Shown piece by piece: positions 36,811 through 49,834 of a stretch of 64,000 nucleotides of DNA. A program made the translations under genes and the position numbers. Position 1 is the first letter of the stretch, and each line of letters begins with the position of its first letter. The notes under the pieces are model-generated. The model saw nothing but the letters and a program-made list of their open reading frames with translations, searched no databases and was not told the DNA's origin. This DNA comes from Cladosporium halotolerans (Eukaryota): assembly GCF_011745625.1 (NCBI RefSeq), contig NW_027191468.1, forward strand, positions 62,001 to 126,000, in the 5' to 3' direction.

Positions 36811-37535
36811 TGATCATCTATTCATAAGCATTAGAAAGGAAATTGAATTGATTGTTTTTGGCGGACTGACGCGGCTCTGTAGAAGGGCTTGACCTCTGCC
36901 CTATGCGAAGGGACAAGATCGTTGGGCGAGGTACTGTATTGAACTGTCTTGTTTAGGACCGATGGAACATTTTGTTCCAGGTTATATACATAATGGGCTC
37001 GCGGAGTATAGTGCATGAGCGGTGACGCGGAGGATTTCCGCACAGGGGACGGTATCTCCTAGAGATTGGTAAGACAAGAGCTCTGCCCTACCTGAGCTGA
37101 TATTTCGGCTGAGAAGTATCCGATCCCGAGCTCGGTTAGCTCGTCGCCCGCCATAACATATGCATAGCATTGTGAAACTACGGCTTTGACGGCGCCTCTA
37201 TGCAAACAAGTCTGCTTGAGCTCAGTCGATGATCACAAGCCCTGTCTTTGCAGCGACGAACGTCACTCCTATCGCGGTCAGTAGCTTGATTATTACGAGA
37301 CACTTTGCCAATTTTCTCATCGCTGGAACATGGCGGCTATGTCCGGCGACCAAATATATGCACATTTTGGAAGGTTAGTAATCATTTGCCTTGCTGATCG
37401 CCAATCTGTGTGTAACTATGTCAACGTGGGTAAAGGCCGGAGCACCCTGCTGTCGAAAACATCTGCGAAAGTGTCAACGTTCTTCTCTTCACTCTCCCCT
37501 TACTTCCCACTCCCTTCACTTGACGACTACTCACC

Positions 37536-38652
37536 ATGGCAAGCAAGAAAACGATAGTTGTCCTTGGCGCAACTGGTAACCAAGGCGGATCAGTTGTTGA
37601 GACTTTCCTCCAAGCCGGTCAATGGAGCATCCGCGGTGTGACGCGCAATCCCAACAGCGAGAAAGCTCTAAAGCTCGCCAGTCGTGGCGTTGCGGTCGTT
37701 ACTGCTGACCTGAACGATGGAAACTCTCTCGACGCAGCTTTCGCGGACGCGCACGCAATCTTCATCGTCAGCGACTTTTGGGGCATTTACGGAGACCCAG
37801 CAAACGCTACAAAACCTGCCCAAGGCGAGACTTTGAACTTGTGGGCTGCGCGCACTGAGAAGCAGCAACTTGTCAACGCTATTGACGCTGCTTCAAAAGT
37901 TCCCTCTTTGGAACGCTTGGTCTTGTCCAGTCTGCCTAACTGCTCGAAGTGGTCTCGTGAAAAGTACACCCACGTCTATCACTTCGACTTCAAAGCTCAG
38001 GCCGCCGAGTATGCTCAACAAGCTTACCCAAACTTATGGGCGAAGACGAGCGTCTTCCAGCCCGGGTGGTTCTTGGGCAATTACCTCAGCAACCCACTGG
38101 TCCAGCCTAGACGTGTAAGTGATATTTCTTGAGATTTCATCTATCTTGAACGCACGCAGTAACAATTTCTGCTTTAGGAAAACGACGTCGTGGTATTTGC
38201 CAGTAGCGTCAAAGGCGATTTGAAGCTGCCCTTGATCGCTCCGGACGAAGACTCTGGTCCACTTGTCAAAGCTTTGCTTGAAGATTCTCCTGGCAAGAAT
38301 CTTATAGCCTATCGCCAATGGATGTCTCTAGAGGAGATGGTTGAAATATTCGCTAAGGTTACTGGTCTGTCCGCTCAATACGTAACTTTACCCGCTGGGG
38401 AACCAGATCTTCCTCTTCCTGAAGGCCTGAAAGCGGAGTTGGATGATAACTGGGCATACTTCAATGAGTGCGGATACGAAGCACGCGATGACCCAACTGT
38501 GATTCACCCAAATCAGGTATGTCAGGCCGTAGGTAAATGAAACCTCAGGAGGGGCGCTGACCTAGTAATAGTTGGAAGAATGTCCTAAGCTAGGAAGCGT
38601 TCGTGAGTGGATACAGCAACAGGACTGGAGTTTCGTAGCCAAAGCGAACTAG
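37536..38652 (+). CDS. NmrA-like NAD(P)-binding protein (introns 38115-38177, 38517-38571)
   Basis: IVVLGATGNQGGSV, RGVTRNP, ADLND, SDFW, HFDFKA and DSGPLV motifs; last exon ends QQDWSFVAKAN. Confidence 0.88.
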
Positions 38653-39600
38653 GACTATGGTTAGGCATGGGTCTGCCGCTTGCTGGTTCGATTTCGACAC
38701 GTGGGTCGGGAGGTGCCATAACATTCTCCTTAACTCCATACCACCAATGCATGATCCTTTCTTCCTCAAATTCCAGCCCCAAAGATAACGATTAGGATGT
38801 AAACGAGAGGTGGTCGCTGTTGCATTGAACGATCCGACGGGATCAGTTTTCGACGAACGAAGCTTCAATGACAGTTAGCTCGGAGAAACCCACAGACATT
38901 TAATCGCGAGATCTTCCCAATAGCCCTCTTCATGTAACTTGAGTGAAATTACATCGTTGATTTTGAGCAGGAATTTGACACGTTCTCGCTGCAGACTGCC
39001 CCTGACAATAGACGTTTGAGCGCCTTTGATGACCTTCTGAAGGTTTCGCTGGATATTGTTTTCCTGTCTCTTCCACCTTCTCTAGAGTGAGGTTCACGCG
39101 AAAGCCTCTGCCGTCACTGGCATAACGGGTGTGATGGGCGCTGCAGAGACTCTGGACTTTCGTGATGAATAGGGCTAGAACCTACGTAAGTAAAGTCGAT
39201 TCCCTCTGATTTCGGGGCCGGTGACTCGGCGAGAGGCTTCACAAAGTCCTTCTGCACTCTTTGAGGGTCCAACGGTATGGCCAGAGCCACGGTCTCTGTG
39301 AGGCCTAGTGCCGGAAGCTCCCGAGGAAGCTCCTACACCTTCTGTGGACCTTAGTAGACAGAGGGCAATGACATACATCTTCTATCAGCCGCAACGAGTA
39401 CAGTCCGCCTCTGCTACAGCACAACGACCGACCACACATCAGCCACGGGATCGCCATATCTCACGGTTTTCACTGCTAAACCTCAATCTCGTACTTGACG
39501 TCACTTGTCAGCCAGCAACAACCACGTCGCCGGCACCCACCTCCCTACAACCGCCCAATCACCCACCCACGCACACCAACCCCCACCCAACTCGCCCACC

Positions 39601-40412
39601 ATGTCCCAAATACACAGCATGTCCGACTCGCAAGTCGACACGGAGCTGCGCAAAATGACGGCCTTCATCCGGCAAGAAGCGCTCGAGAAGGCGCGCGAGA
39701 TCCACCTGAAGGCCGACGAGGAGTTCAGCATCGAGAAGTCGAAGCTGGTGCGGCAGGAGACGGCGCGCATCGACGCCGAGTACGAGAAGAAGAACACGCA
39801 GGCTGGCATGAGCCAGCAGATCACCGCCTCCACGCTCGCCAACCGCCAGCGCCTGCGCATCCTCAGCGCCAAGCAGGAGCTGCTCGACGGCCTGTTCGAG
39901 GACGCCGGCAAGAAGCTCTCCGAGCAGGTTTCGGGCGGCAAGGGTGGCAAGAAGGGCAAGGGCGGCGCGGACTACGAGAGCGTTCTTAAGGGTCTCGTCC
40001 TTGAGGGTTTGTATGCGCTGGTAGAGAGCAAGGTCTCGGTTAGGTGCAGGAGGAAGGACAACGAGATTGTCAAGAAGGCTGTTGAGGCTGCGAAGAAGGA
40101 GTACTCGGAGAAGATGAAGGGCAGGGAGGTTGAGGTTGTGATTGACGAGAAGGAGAGCCTTCCTGAAGAGTCGTGAGTCCCTCCCTTTTGATTATCCTCG
40201 AGCGCCATTGGCCTGCTCTCAGTACAGTTCGACAGACGACTGACTTTGTTTGACTATCTAGCGCTGGCGGCGTATCCATCCTCAACGGTACCGGCAAGAT
40301 CGAAATCAACAACACCTTCGAGGAGCGTCTGAGGCTGCTCGAGACCGACGCTCTGCCTTCCGTCCGTCTGTCGCTGTTCGGCGAGAACCAGAACCGCCGC
40401 TTCACTGATTAA
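39601..40412 (+). CDS. VMA4: V-type ATPase V1 subunit E (intron 40173-40261)
   Basis: [62 protein letters not shown] and [12 protein letters not shown] motifs. Confidence 0.96.
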
Positions 40413-40599
40413 GCGGGCTGTGGGTCCATGATTCAATTGCCGGACCGGCAGTACGAATAGAATGTGAGCGATTAGGGACAGTTGCACTGCTGTACGCAAG
40501 GCTCTTCGGCCATTGTAGATATGTTTTACCTCGCGGGGTTGAATTTTGTTTGTTCTTGCCTTTTTGATAGTCATGTTTGCTCTATAAAACTACCTTCTG

Positions 40600-43131
40600 T
40601 CAAGTATGTATATGAGCGTTCTCGTCCGCCGCGCCCGCTTCGGCGTCGTCAACCACTTTGTCCTTCCACGTGACCTTGTGCTGTTTCCCAGGTCTACGAC
40701 AGTGTTCAGGGCTTCCAAACGCGGCTCTCTCTGGGCCACTTTCCTCCTCCCGCTCGCCAGAATCCGCAGTTTCTTCGCTTTCCGCGCTTCTAGACTCATC
40801 AATGGTCACGCTCCCCGCCCCTGCCCTCTTAACGAAGCCTTCCATGGCACCAGCACCCATCCCCGGCCGGTCAAAGACACCTTTCCGAGGCCTCAGCCTA
40901 GTCCTCACAGCGTTCTCCAACCGCAAAACGAGCCTCTCAAGCGCGCTCTTCGCCTCCGTGCGCTTGAGGTGACTCGTGCCAGCGTCCCTAATCTTGCTGC
41001 TCATGAACCTCAGCTGCGCGGTCAGCGCGTCGATCTGCGCGTTGAAAGACGCCTCTTCCGGCGCCTGGGGGGCTGGTTTGGCATTGAAGAGGCTCGTGGA
41101 TTGCTGCTTGGGTTGAGTGTTTTGGCTTTCGTGGAGGAAGGCGAAATCGGAGAAGCCGGCGTCGATTGCGATGTCGAGGAGGTCTGTGAGGCAGTGCAGG
41201 TTGTTGTAGTCTGTGGACTCGGAGATTGCAAAGGATGGGTGCTTCTTCAGTCTTGCTAAGAGCCGAACGCCTGTGGAGGGAGAGGTGAGGTCGAGTGCTT
41301 CCTCTAAAGATGCCTCGAGGAGGATGTGAAGAGCGAGTCTGCGGCGCAGTTCGTGAAGACGATAGGAGGTCGCTGGTAGCGCAGCAATGGCCCGCGAAAT
41401 AGGGTATCGAGAGATTAGAGAGGGATCAAGAACTTGGCGGATTGTTTCTCGAAAGATCGTCTGCAGATCCGTATCCTCGCTAGAATCCAGGATTGAGAGC
41501 ATGGCCTGCTCTATGTCCAGTCGTAAGTCGACGTTTCTGCGGACGTTGTCGTCACTGCTCAACAAGATGAGCTCGGCAAAGGCGCACGCTTTATTCACCG
41601 GAGAGATTCGAGGAGCCAAGACAGTCATCAACCGCAGAACGTGCGGGAGATTATGTGGGACCGAGGCATTTGCTGCAGATATACGGAGATCCTCGCAATC
41701 TCGAATCGTTTGGCCCTCGAATATCTCGCTCAGGGAGAGAGCCGGTTCTTCAGAAAGCTGCTGGCTTTGTACGAGAGCACTTAGAACCGTGACGTATGAT
41801 TGGCAGAGCTCCTCAGAGGGTTCCAGGGGTATACGACGTTGCAGCCAGGAGGTCATACACGTCGGCAGTCCCTTCTGCGAAGCCACGGTTGCCAGGAAGC
41901 CAGAGCTGCACGCCAAGGACCTCTTCGTCTCATCTCTCATAAATCCCAAGCCGTATTCATTCAGCTCTTCTGCAGGAAGGTCGATGTCAATAGGAGGTTG
42001 TCCACCCTCGCGGAAAAAGTAAAAAGATTCCTCTCCACGCAGGGCCTCGGTTCGGTCCATAGCCATCAGCATTCTTTCCTGCTCGTCACTGTCTTCGGCC
42101 AGAGCCGCAGCTACGTTTTTGGTCTCGGCCTCTTCCAAAGCGGTATTCTCTTTCAATTCTCGCGACTTCTCCGCCTCCTCCACGTAGGCTTCCAGCTCTG
42201 CGATCTTCTCATCGCTGGCAGCTTCTCGCGCACTTTGTTTGGCAATTCTGAGTAAGCTGTGCTTGTAGCTTGTCGCAGGCGGAGGTGACAGCGGCCTCCA
42301 TGATTCCCTCGCTCGTTGTTTGATCTTCTCTTTCTCCAATCGGCTGCTGGCTCTCGTCGGCTTCGAGCTAGTGGACATTTTGGAGCCGCTGTCTGTGTCC
42401 GGTCCAGGCGGAGTAAGCTTGCGCTTTTTGCGTGGCGCGAAAGAATCGAAGTCCGCAAGCTCTTCATCGCTACTGGCAGAGGACATACTGGCAGAATCGG
42501 AGTTCGTCACCGCTGGGATGCCATTCTTCACGATGCGTCTGCTGGAGCTCTGCGAGCTCATGCCGGACATGCTAGTGAGCGTGGAGAAGGACGAGAAGGA
42601 AGTATTAGGTGCCTTGCTGGGCTCTTGTTTGGGCATCTGAGTCGGGGCTGGCATAGAAACGATCCTCACAGGCGAGGGGATATCCACTGATTGAACCGTC
42701 CGCACCTTTTGAGGCGTCGCTTGGGACGGCGAACGTACTGTAGTTTGGCCCGAACTTTGTGGTGGATCATTCCCAAATGCTCCTAGCTCAGCCATTTGCT
42801 TCCGAGGCGATCTTCGCGTGGGAGTTGAGTTGCCTGATCCCATTTGGTGCAAGGCTGAAGCTGTGGTTTGCAGCTTGCTAGGAGGATTCGGGTCATTTTT
42901 GCGCGGGCGACCTCGGCCGCGCTTCACTGGAGGAGCCGCATGCTCTTGCGATATGCGCCGTGAAAATGATGGCTTTCCATGTTGCGACTGAGGTTTGTCG
43001 AGCGCTTGAGCTTGTGATGAGCTGGGCGGGGCCACGACTATCTCATCCTCCTCCTCTTGCTGTGGAATGCGGTTCTTTGGGATCGTGAACGGCTTGAAGA
43101 AATCAGTAATGTTGCCCTTTTTCTTGGACAT
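40600..43131 (-). CDS. Probable nuclear protein of 843 aa: AT-hook, disordered N-half, helical C-terminal domain
   Basis: Intronless ORF from the ATG at 43131. KRGRGRPRK AT-hook, PRKKRK NLS-like segment, acidic coiled-coil and Leu-rich helical C-half. Confidence 0.8.
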   Translation of the reverse strand: MSKKKGNITDFFKPFTIPKNRIPQQEEEDEIVVAPPSSSQAQALDKPQSQHGKPSFSRRISQEHAAPPVKRGRGRPRKNDPNPPSKLQTTASALHQMGSGNSTPTRRSPRKQMAELGAFGNDPPQSSGQTTVRSPSQATPQKVRTVQSVDIPSPVRIVSMPAPTQMPKQEPSKAPNTSFSSFSTLTSMSGMSSQSSSRRIVKNGIPAVTNSDSASMSSASSDEELADFDSFAPRKKRKLTPPGPDTDSGSKMSTSSKPTRASSRLEKEKIKQRARESWRPLSPPPATSYKHSLLRIAKQSAREAASDEKIAELEAYVEEAEKSRELKENTALEEAETKNVAAALAEDSDEQERMLMAMDRTEALRGEESFYFFREGGQPPIDIDLPAEELNEYGLGFMRDETKRSLACSSGFLATVASQKGLPTCMTSWLQRRIPLEPSEELCQSYVTVLSALVQSQQLSEEPALSLSEIFEGQTIRDCEDLRISAANASVPHNLPHVLRLMTVLAPRISPVNKACAFAELILLSSDDNVRRNVDLRLDIEQAMLSILDSSEDTDLQTIFRETIRQVLDPSLISRYPISRAIAALPATSYRLHELRRRLALHILLEASLEEALDLTSPSTGVRLLARLKKHPSFAISESTDYNNLHCLTDLLDIAIDAGFSDFAFLHESQNTQPKQQSTSLFNAKPAPQAPEEASFNAQIDALTAQLRFMSSKIRDAGTSHLKRTEAKSALERLVLRLENAVRTRLRPRKGVFDRPGMGAGAMEGFVKRAGAGSVTIDESRSAESEETADSGEREEESGPERAAFGSPEHCRRPGKQHKVTWKDKVVDDAEAGAADENAHIHT

Positions 43132-44918
43132 TTTCGCGCGCCATGCGCTTTGCGACACGGCGGAGAAATGAGCAGCGCAGAGGGGTCAACTCCAAGCCGA
43201 TGCGCTCCAGCTGTCTCGCGGAACGGACGCGATGCGGCGCGTCTGGAAGCACACACGAGGTCATGTGATCGGCTAAAACCAGCAAGTCCAAACCCCTCAG
43301 AATGCTTGGCCACTGATCAATCTCAGCGGCATGCATTCTCTTCATAAAAATATGCGCGGTGAGAGCAGCGAAAGGGCGAATTCCTGCCTGAGACGTCTGG
43401 CTTTTCCTAATGGCATCAACCAGTCCCTCGCGCACATGGAGATGACTGCTCAGCAGTCTAGGCCTGATGGTAGCAGCTTAGAAAGCGATACCTGAACCTT
43501 AGCCGAATGTTTTTTCGTCCCTCGATCAATCTCCGTTCCAAAATCCGGTGCTCGGGCACGCTTCCCTGAAACGACAGCCAAACGCCCGTACCGCGAGAGC
43601 TTGACAGCGCTCTAGTCTCTCGGCAACGATCGCTTAGGGTCACGCTCGCCGTAACCACGAGGCGACGGCCATGGCCTGCGATGCGATGCAACCACGTCTA
43701 GACTTTTCTGCGAGTCGCAACAGTGCACACGGACGCCACTTGATACAGCCTACAGTGCGCACCAAGCACATGGCGGTGGCTTTCCCGCCCTCCCGGCGCT
43801 GACAGCGAGATGGTGCACCCTTAGACCAGCAGGCTGGCACAGGCTGGCGTCGTATTGCAGCTAAGAGTGGCGCAAGAAGGGAAATTGGACTTGCGCTTGG
43901 CCTGCGCTGACGAGATGCGACGAGTAGTGCGCGACGGGGCCACGGTCGCTGTGGAGAGCAGCAGGAGAGTGGAGATGCGAGGGATTGGCGTGCGAGGGGC
44001 CAGCAGCCTGACGCGCACGCCTGGTGGATGGAGGTGTAGGATTGCAATCAGGGGCGTGCCTCCTGCGGTAGCGCAACGGACGCAGCGCATGCCCACAGCC
44101 ACGCCGTCTCGACTGTCCGGAGGCATTTCGTCGCGCGCAGACGATGGCGCTGGCAGCAGTGCAGTGCGCGCACCGCCGGCCTGCTGACGATGCGGCGCGG
44201 CGTTCATAAGTAAAGTAGCGTGCGTTTTATTCCTCCCGCGCCCGGATGCCGGCACTTCGTCAGTCCCTGGGGGCCAGCGAGCGGGACGGACTCGGCGTTA
44301 ATGGTGTAAGCACGCAGACGTCGATGCGGTGCTAGCGCGCCCTGAGCTGCGTACGCCCAAGTTACGTGAGATCGGGCGGCGCTCTTCAGCTTGCCCGAGC
44401 GGACACAGGTGGCAGTTGTCTGGCTGCAGTGCGGCCGTCTACCCTTCGCTTTCGCTGCGCGGTGCCGTCGCCCTCGTCCAACATCATCGCTGCCATTCCG
44501 GCCCATCCGCCGTCTCGCCACGCCCTGCGCGCCGCCAGATTCCTCTCCCAGCCCTGCCCATCTCCGCTGGTGCAGCAACCGCTCCCGCCTGCTCTCACGG
44601 CGACCCGTCATCTCGGACCCTTCTCTGAGACACGCTTTCGCCTCTCTGCCTTCGCCCTCCCCTCCGTTCCGCCAGGTCGCCGCACCACACCGCTCCGCCT
44701 CTTCCTCTCCGACTTCGACCGTGCGCCGGCCTCTCGTTCTGCTTTGCTTCGAGCCTGTTGTCTCGCCGCGACGCGCTTGCCATCGCCATCACATGCTCGC
44801 AAACAGGACATAGCATCCGACTCATCACCCGGGTTCTTGTTCGTCCCGCGGCCCTGTCTCGCCGCATGAGACAATCTATCCCTCGACTGGTCGCCCACAC
44901 ATCGCCAACAAGCCTGCC

Positions 44919-47900
44919 ATGGCTCCAACACCACACGAGGAAGCCGACGCCGACCAGCCCGATCGATCCGCGCCGACGAAGCGCATAAGATGGGCAACCC
45001 AGCGCGTCGGCGGACGCTCAGGCACGCAGAAGCGCAAGAGCATTTTCAATCGGCATCTCAATCGCATGGGCAGCACGAAGGAGAAGCGTGAGTCCGCCGG
45101 CGAGGATCTTAAAGGCTCCGGACCCGAAGAGGACGAGAAAACCGCAGGAGAACAGCCCAGCAATCGGGTCATCTACTTCAACCAGCCCTTGCCTCCCGAA
45201 GCAAAAGACAGCGACGGCCACCCGCTTGTACATTACAAGCGCAACAAAATCAGGACGGCCAAGTACACGCCTATAAGCTTCATCCCGAAGAATTTATGGC
45301 TCCAATTTCACAACATTGCAAACGTGTACTTCTTGTTCATTATTATCCTTTCGGTACGTAATCACGCATTCAATTTTGGTTGCGGCGGGATACTGACAAC
45401 AATCGACGTAGATTTTCCCAATTTTCGGTGCAGAGAATCCAGGTCTGTCAGCCGTGCCGCTGATTGTTATTATTGTTGTCACAGCCGTCAAAGACGGAAT
45501 CGAAGATTGGCGGCGTACAGTGCTCGACAACGAACTCAACAACGCGCCTGTCCACAGATTAGTAGACTGGCAGAACGTGAACACTGCAGACGAAGTCATC
45601 AACCCCTGGAGAAAGTTCAAGAAAGCCAACACCCGCCTCATCCTTTGGATCTGGCAACAATGGAAGAGCCAAAAGGAGAAGAAGCAGGAGAAGAAAGAGC
45701 AAAAGGGCAAGGGCTACACTGACCGCGCATTGGATCAGGCTGCGGACGCACATGATGATAGGCGATACAGTGTTTGGTCCCGGGCATTGGACGACGATGA
45801 CGAGATGGAGGCCCGCGAGAACGAGAACGGTGACATGGAGATGACACCAGTTCCGTCTCCGAACCAGAAACAGCACGAAGGCAATGAGTACATCAGTGGC
45901 AACGACATGGTCCGCGAGATGGACAACGCAGCTGCTCAACCAGGCGATGCGCGCCAGCGACTCCAAGTCCCTGCACCCGGAAACCCAGCCCCTGCAAAGA
46001 CACCGATCCCTAAGAGGTTCTATGGAAGCCTGGTGGATTACTCTATCGATGCGCCCGAGACCGCCAGGTTCAAGAAGGATTACTGGAAAAGCGTACAGGT
46101 CGGCGATTTCGTTCGCTTGTACAACGAGGAAGAAATCCCCGCCGATATCATCGTCCTGTCCACCAGCGACGCTGATGGTGCATGCTACGTCGAAACCAAG
46201 AACTTGGATGGTGAAACTAACCTCAAGGTCCGCCAAGCTCTTCATACTGGCCGAAAAGTCCGACGAGCAAGAGACTGCGAGCGAACCCATTTCCGGCTTG
46301 AGAGCGAACCGCCACACGCAAACTTGTACTCGTACTCTGGTGCCGTGAGATGGATGCAGAAAGATGCCGCTCACCCCGGCGCTGAACCCAAGGAAATGGC
46401 TGAGCCTGTTGGTATCAACAACATGCTTCTGCGTGGTTGCACACTTCGCAACACGGATTGGATCGTGGGTATCGTCGCATTTACTGGAGAGGAGACGAAG
46501 ATTATGCTCAATTCCGGCATCACTCCCACCAAGCGTGCGCAGGTTTCCAAGGATCTCAACGGCAACGTCCTCTACAACTTCGTCATTCTCTTCATCATGT
46601 GTCTGGTCGCAGCCGTGGTACAAGGAACGACTTTCGGCAGAGGAAACGAATCGTTGAATTACTTCGAAGTGTCAGAACCTGGCGGCGAACCTGGATATGG
46701 CAGCAACCCTGGAATCAACGGCTTCATCACTTTCTGGGCTGCCGTTATTCTCTTTCAGAACTTGGTGCCAATCTCGCTGTATATCTCACTGGAAATTGTC
46801 AGAACAGCGCAAGCTTTCTTCATCTACAGTGATACGTTCATGTACTACGAAAAGATCGACTACCCTTGTACGCCCAAGTCGTGGAACATTTCTGATGATG
46901 TCGGCCAAATCGAGTACATCTTCTCCGACAAAACCGGTACCCTTACGCAAAACGTCATGGAATTCAAGAAGTGCACAATCAACGGAGTCCCGTACGGAGA
47001 GGCGTATACCGAGGCCCAGGCTGGTATGCAAAAGCGACAAGGAATCGACACCGACACGGCAGGCGCTCAAGCAAGGGAGCAGATCGCCCGTGACCGCGAG
47101 CGCATGCTCCAAGATCTCCGCCGCATGCATGACAACCCTTACCTGAGAGATGAGGATATCACGTTTGTTGCGCCAGATTTCGTGAATGATATGGCAGGCG
47201 ACTCAGGCAATGTCCAGAAGGAGGCCAACAAGCAGTTCATGCTTGCTTTGGCGCTCTGCCATACTGTCATCACTGAGCGCACGCCTGGCGATCCTCCTAG
47301 TATCGAATTCAAGGCCCAATCTCCTGATGAGGCTGCTTTGGTCGCGACCGCGAAGGACGTCGGCTTCACCGTCATGGGTCGCTCCAATGACGGTATCATT
47401 ATCAACCAGCATGGCGTTGAGCAGGAGTACACTGTACTGAACACCCTTGAATTCAACTCCACAAGAAAGAGGATGAGTGCCATCATGCGGATGCCGAACG
47501 GCAAGATCATTCTCTTCTGCAAGGGTGCCGATAGTATCATCTACTCTCGATTGAAAAGAGGCGAGCAAGCCGAGCTGCGCAAGACCACCGCCGAACATCT
47601 GGAGATGTTTGCCCGCGAGGGTCTGCGTACTCTGTGTATTGCCATGCGTGAGATTGGTGAAGAGGAGTACCAGAAGTGGAACGTTGAGCACGACCTTGCT
47701 GCTGCCTCTGTGCAGGACCGCGAGGACAAGCTCGAGACCGTGTCCGATGCCATTGAGCGCGAATTGACTTTGATCGGCGGCACTGCTATCGAAGACAGAC
47801 TGCAAGATGGTGTGCCTGACTCGATCGCCATTCTTGCCCAAGCAGGTATCAAGCTGTGGGTCCTCACTGGCGACAAGGTCGAGACTGCAATCAACATTGG

Positions 47901-49834
47901 TTTCTCGTGTAACTTGCTCGACAACGACATGGATCTCATCCTGTTGCAACTCGAGGAAGATAGCGTCGACTTCGCAGAGAAGGAACTGGACAGGCACCTC
48001 GCAAACTTCGGTAAGACAGGGTCTGACGAGGAGCTCAAGGCCGCTAAGAAGAACCACGAGCCTCCTGCGCCCACTCACGCTTTGGTCATCGATGGCGACT
48101 CTCTCAAGCTTTGCCTTGACGACCGTATCCGCCAGAAGTTCCTGCTCTTGTGCAAGGAGTGTCGATCGGTGCTCTGCTGTCGTGTGTCGCCTGCACAGAA
48201 AGCCGCCGTTGTCCGCATGGTCAAGAATAGCCTCGAGGTCATGACGCTTTCGATCGGTGATGGTGCCAACGATGTTGCCATGATTCAAGAAGCTCACGTC
48301 GGTGTCGGTATTGCTGGTGAGGAAGGTCGCCAGGCTGTCATGAGTGCAGACTATGCCATTGGACAGTTCAGGTTCTTGACCAGACTTGTCCTGGTGCACG
48401 GTCGCTGGAGTTACCGAAGGTTGTCGGAGACCATTGCCAACTTCTTCTACAAGGTGAGTTGCAGTCAACCGTTAGAAAGTGTCCGCATTCATACTGACGA
48501 ATCATTAGAACATTGTGTGGACTTTCGCCCTGTTCTGGTACCAGATCTACGCCAACTTCGACTGCTCTTACGCCTTCGACTACACCTACATTCTGCTTTA
48601 CAACCTGGCTTTCACGTCTTTGCTGGTCATCTTCATGGGTATCCTCGACCAGGACGTTGACGACAAGGTTTCTATCGCCGTGCCTCAGCTCTACCGTCGC
48701 GGTATCGAGAGGAAGGAATGGACACAGCTCAAGTTCTGGATCTACATGATCGATGGTCTGTACCAGAGTGTCATCTGTTTCTACTTCCCTTACCTGCTCT
48801 TCCGCGTCGGCAACTTCGTGACTGAGGAAGGACTCAACATCAACGACTACAAGCGATTCGGTGTCTACATCGCCACTCCCGCAGTTATCGTGGTGAATGC
48901 CTATCTCATGCTCAACACTTACCGGTGGGACTGGTTCATGATGCTGATTGCCGTTATCTCCACCCTTCTCATCTTCTTCTGGACCGGCGTTTACACGTCT
49001 TTCACTGCGGGCTTTACATTCTACGGAGCCGGCAGCCAGGTCTTTGGCGAGCTGTCTTTCTGGGCAATCTGCTTGATCGCGGTCATCCTCTGTCTGCTGC
49101 CTCGTTTCCTCTCCAAGGCGATTCAGAAGATCTACTTCCCTCGCGATGTCGACATCATCCGCGAGCAGATCCGCCAGGGAAAGTTCGATTATCTCAAGGG
49201 CGTCGAGCCAGCCAATGTGTCTCTGGCTTCAGCCGACAAACTCGCTGGCTCTGCATCGTCCTCGGAAATCTCGAAGCCCAGTGACAAGTCTAAGAGCCAC
49301 GACTACAAGATGAGCGAAGACATGCGGCCCATGTACCCTCCATCAGTCGCACCTACCGCGACAACCCATAACCCCCGGTCACACAACGGCTCTGACGGCA
49401 CCGATTACACCGGCCACCAACGTTTCAGCCTCGACCGTCAATTCCCACACGTCAGCACCGACAACTCTCATGCACACCACAATTTCGAAGCCGATACCCC
49501 AACAACACCAGTCATCGCGAGCCCCGTGGACCACGATGCCAACCCCCGCGAGGCCTTCAGCAAGAACAACAACCGCTACAGCTACGACCGGCCCCGACCC
49601 AGCTTCGACCGCTTACGCAGCAGCTGCGACCGCACCCGCGCCAGCTTCGAGGCAAGCCGCGACTTCACATCTGCCGCCTACCTGGCGCGAGTCGAGAGCA
49701 GCCAGTCGACCGGCAGCGGGCAGCCGGAGGCCGGCGACCGCCCCCACCGCGCCAGCCTGCAGGTCGGCAGCGCCTCACATTCCCGCGAGCCCTCGTCCAG
49801 CCGGCGACACGACGTCAGCGACGAGTTCCGGTGA
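44919..49834 (+). CDS. DNF1: P4-ATPase phospholipid flippase, Dnf1/Dnf2 (DnfA) clade; introns 45354-45411, 48454-48508
   Basis: NKIRTAKYT, NLDGETNLK, QNLVPISL, DKTGTLT, QSPDE, KGADS, LTGDK and GDGAND motifs, plus C-terminal TM helices. Confidence 0.93.

Noticed and set aside
43464..43477. Solo CTGATGGTAGCAGC matching the array core
   Set aside because: The flanking CGGAGAG and TCTCAATGGC sub-motifs are absent, so it may be a chance match.
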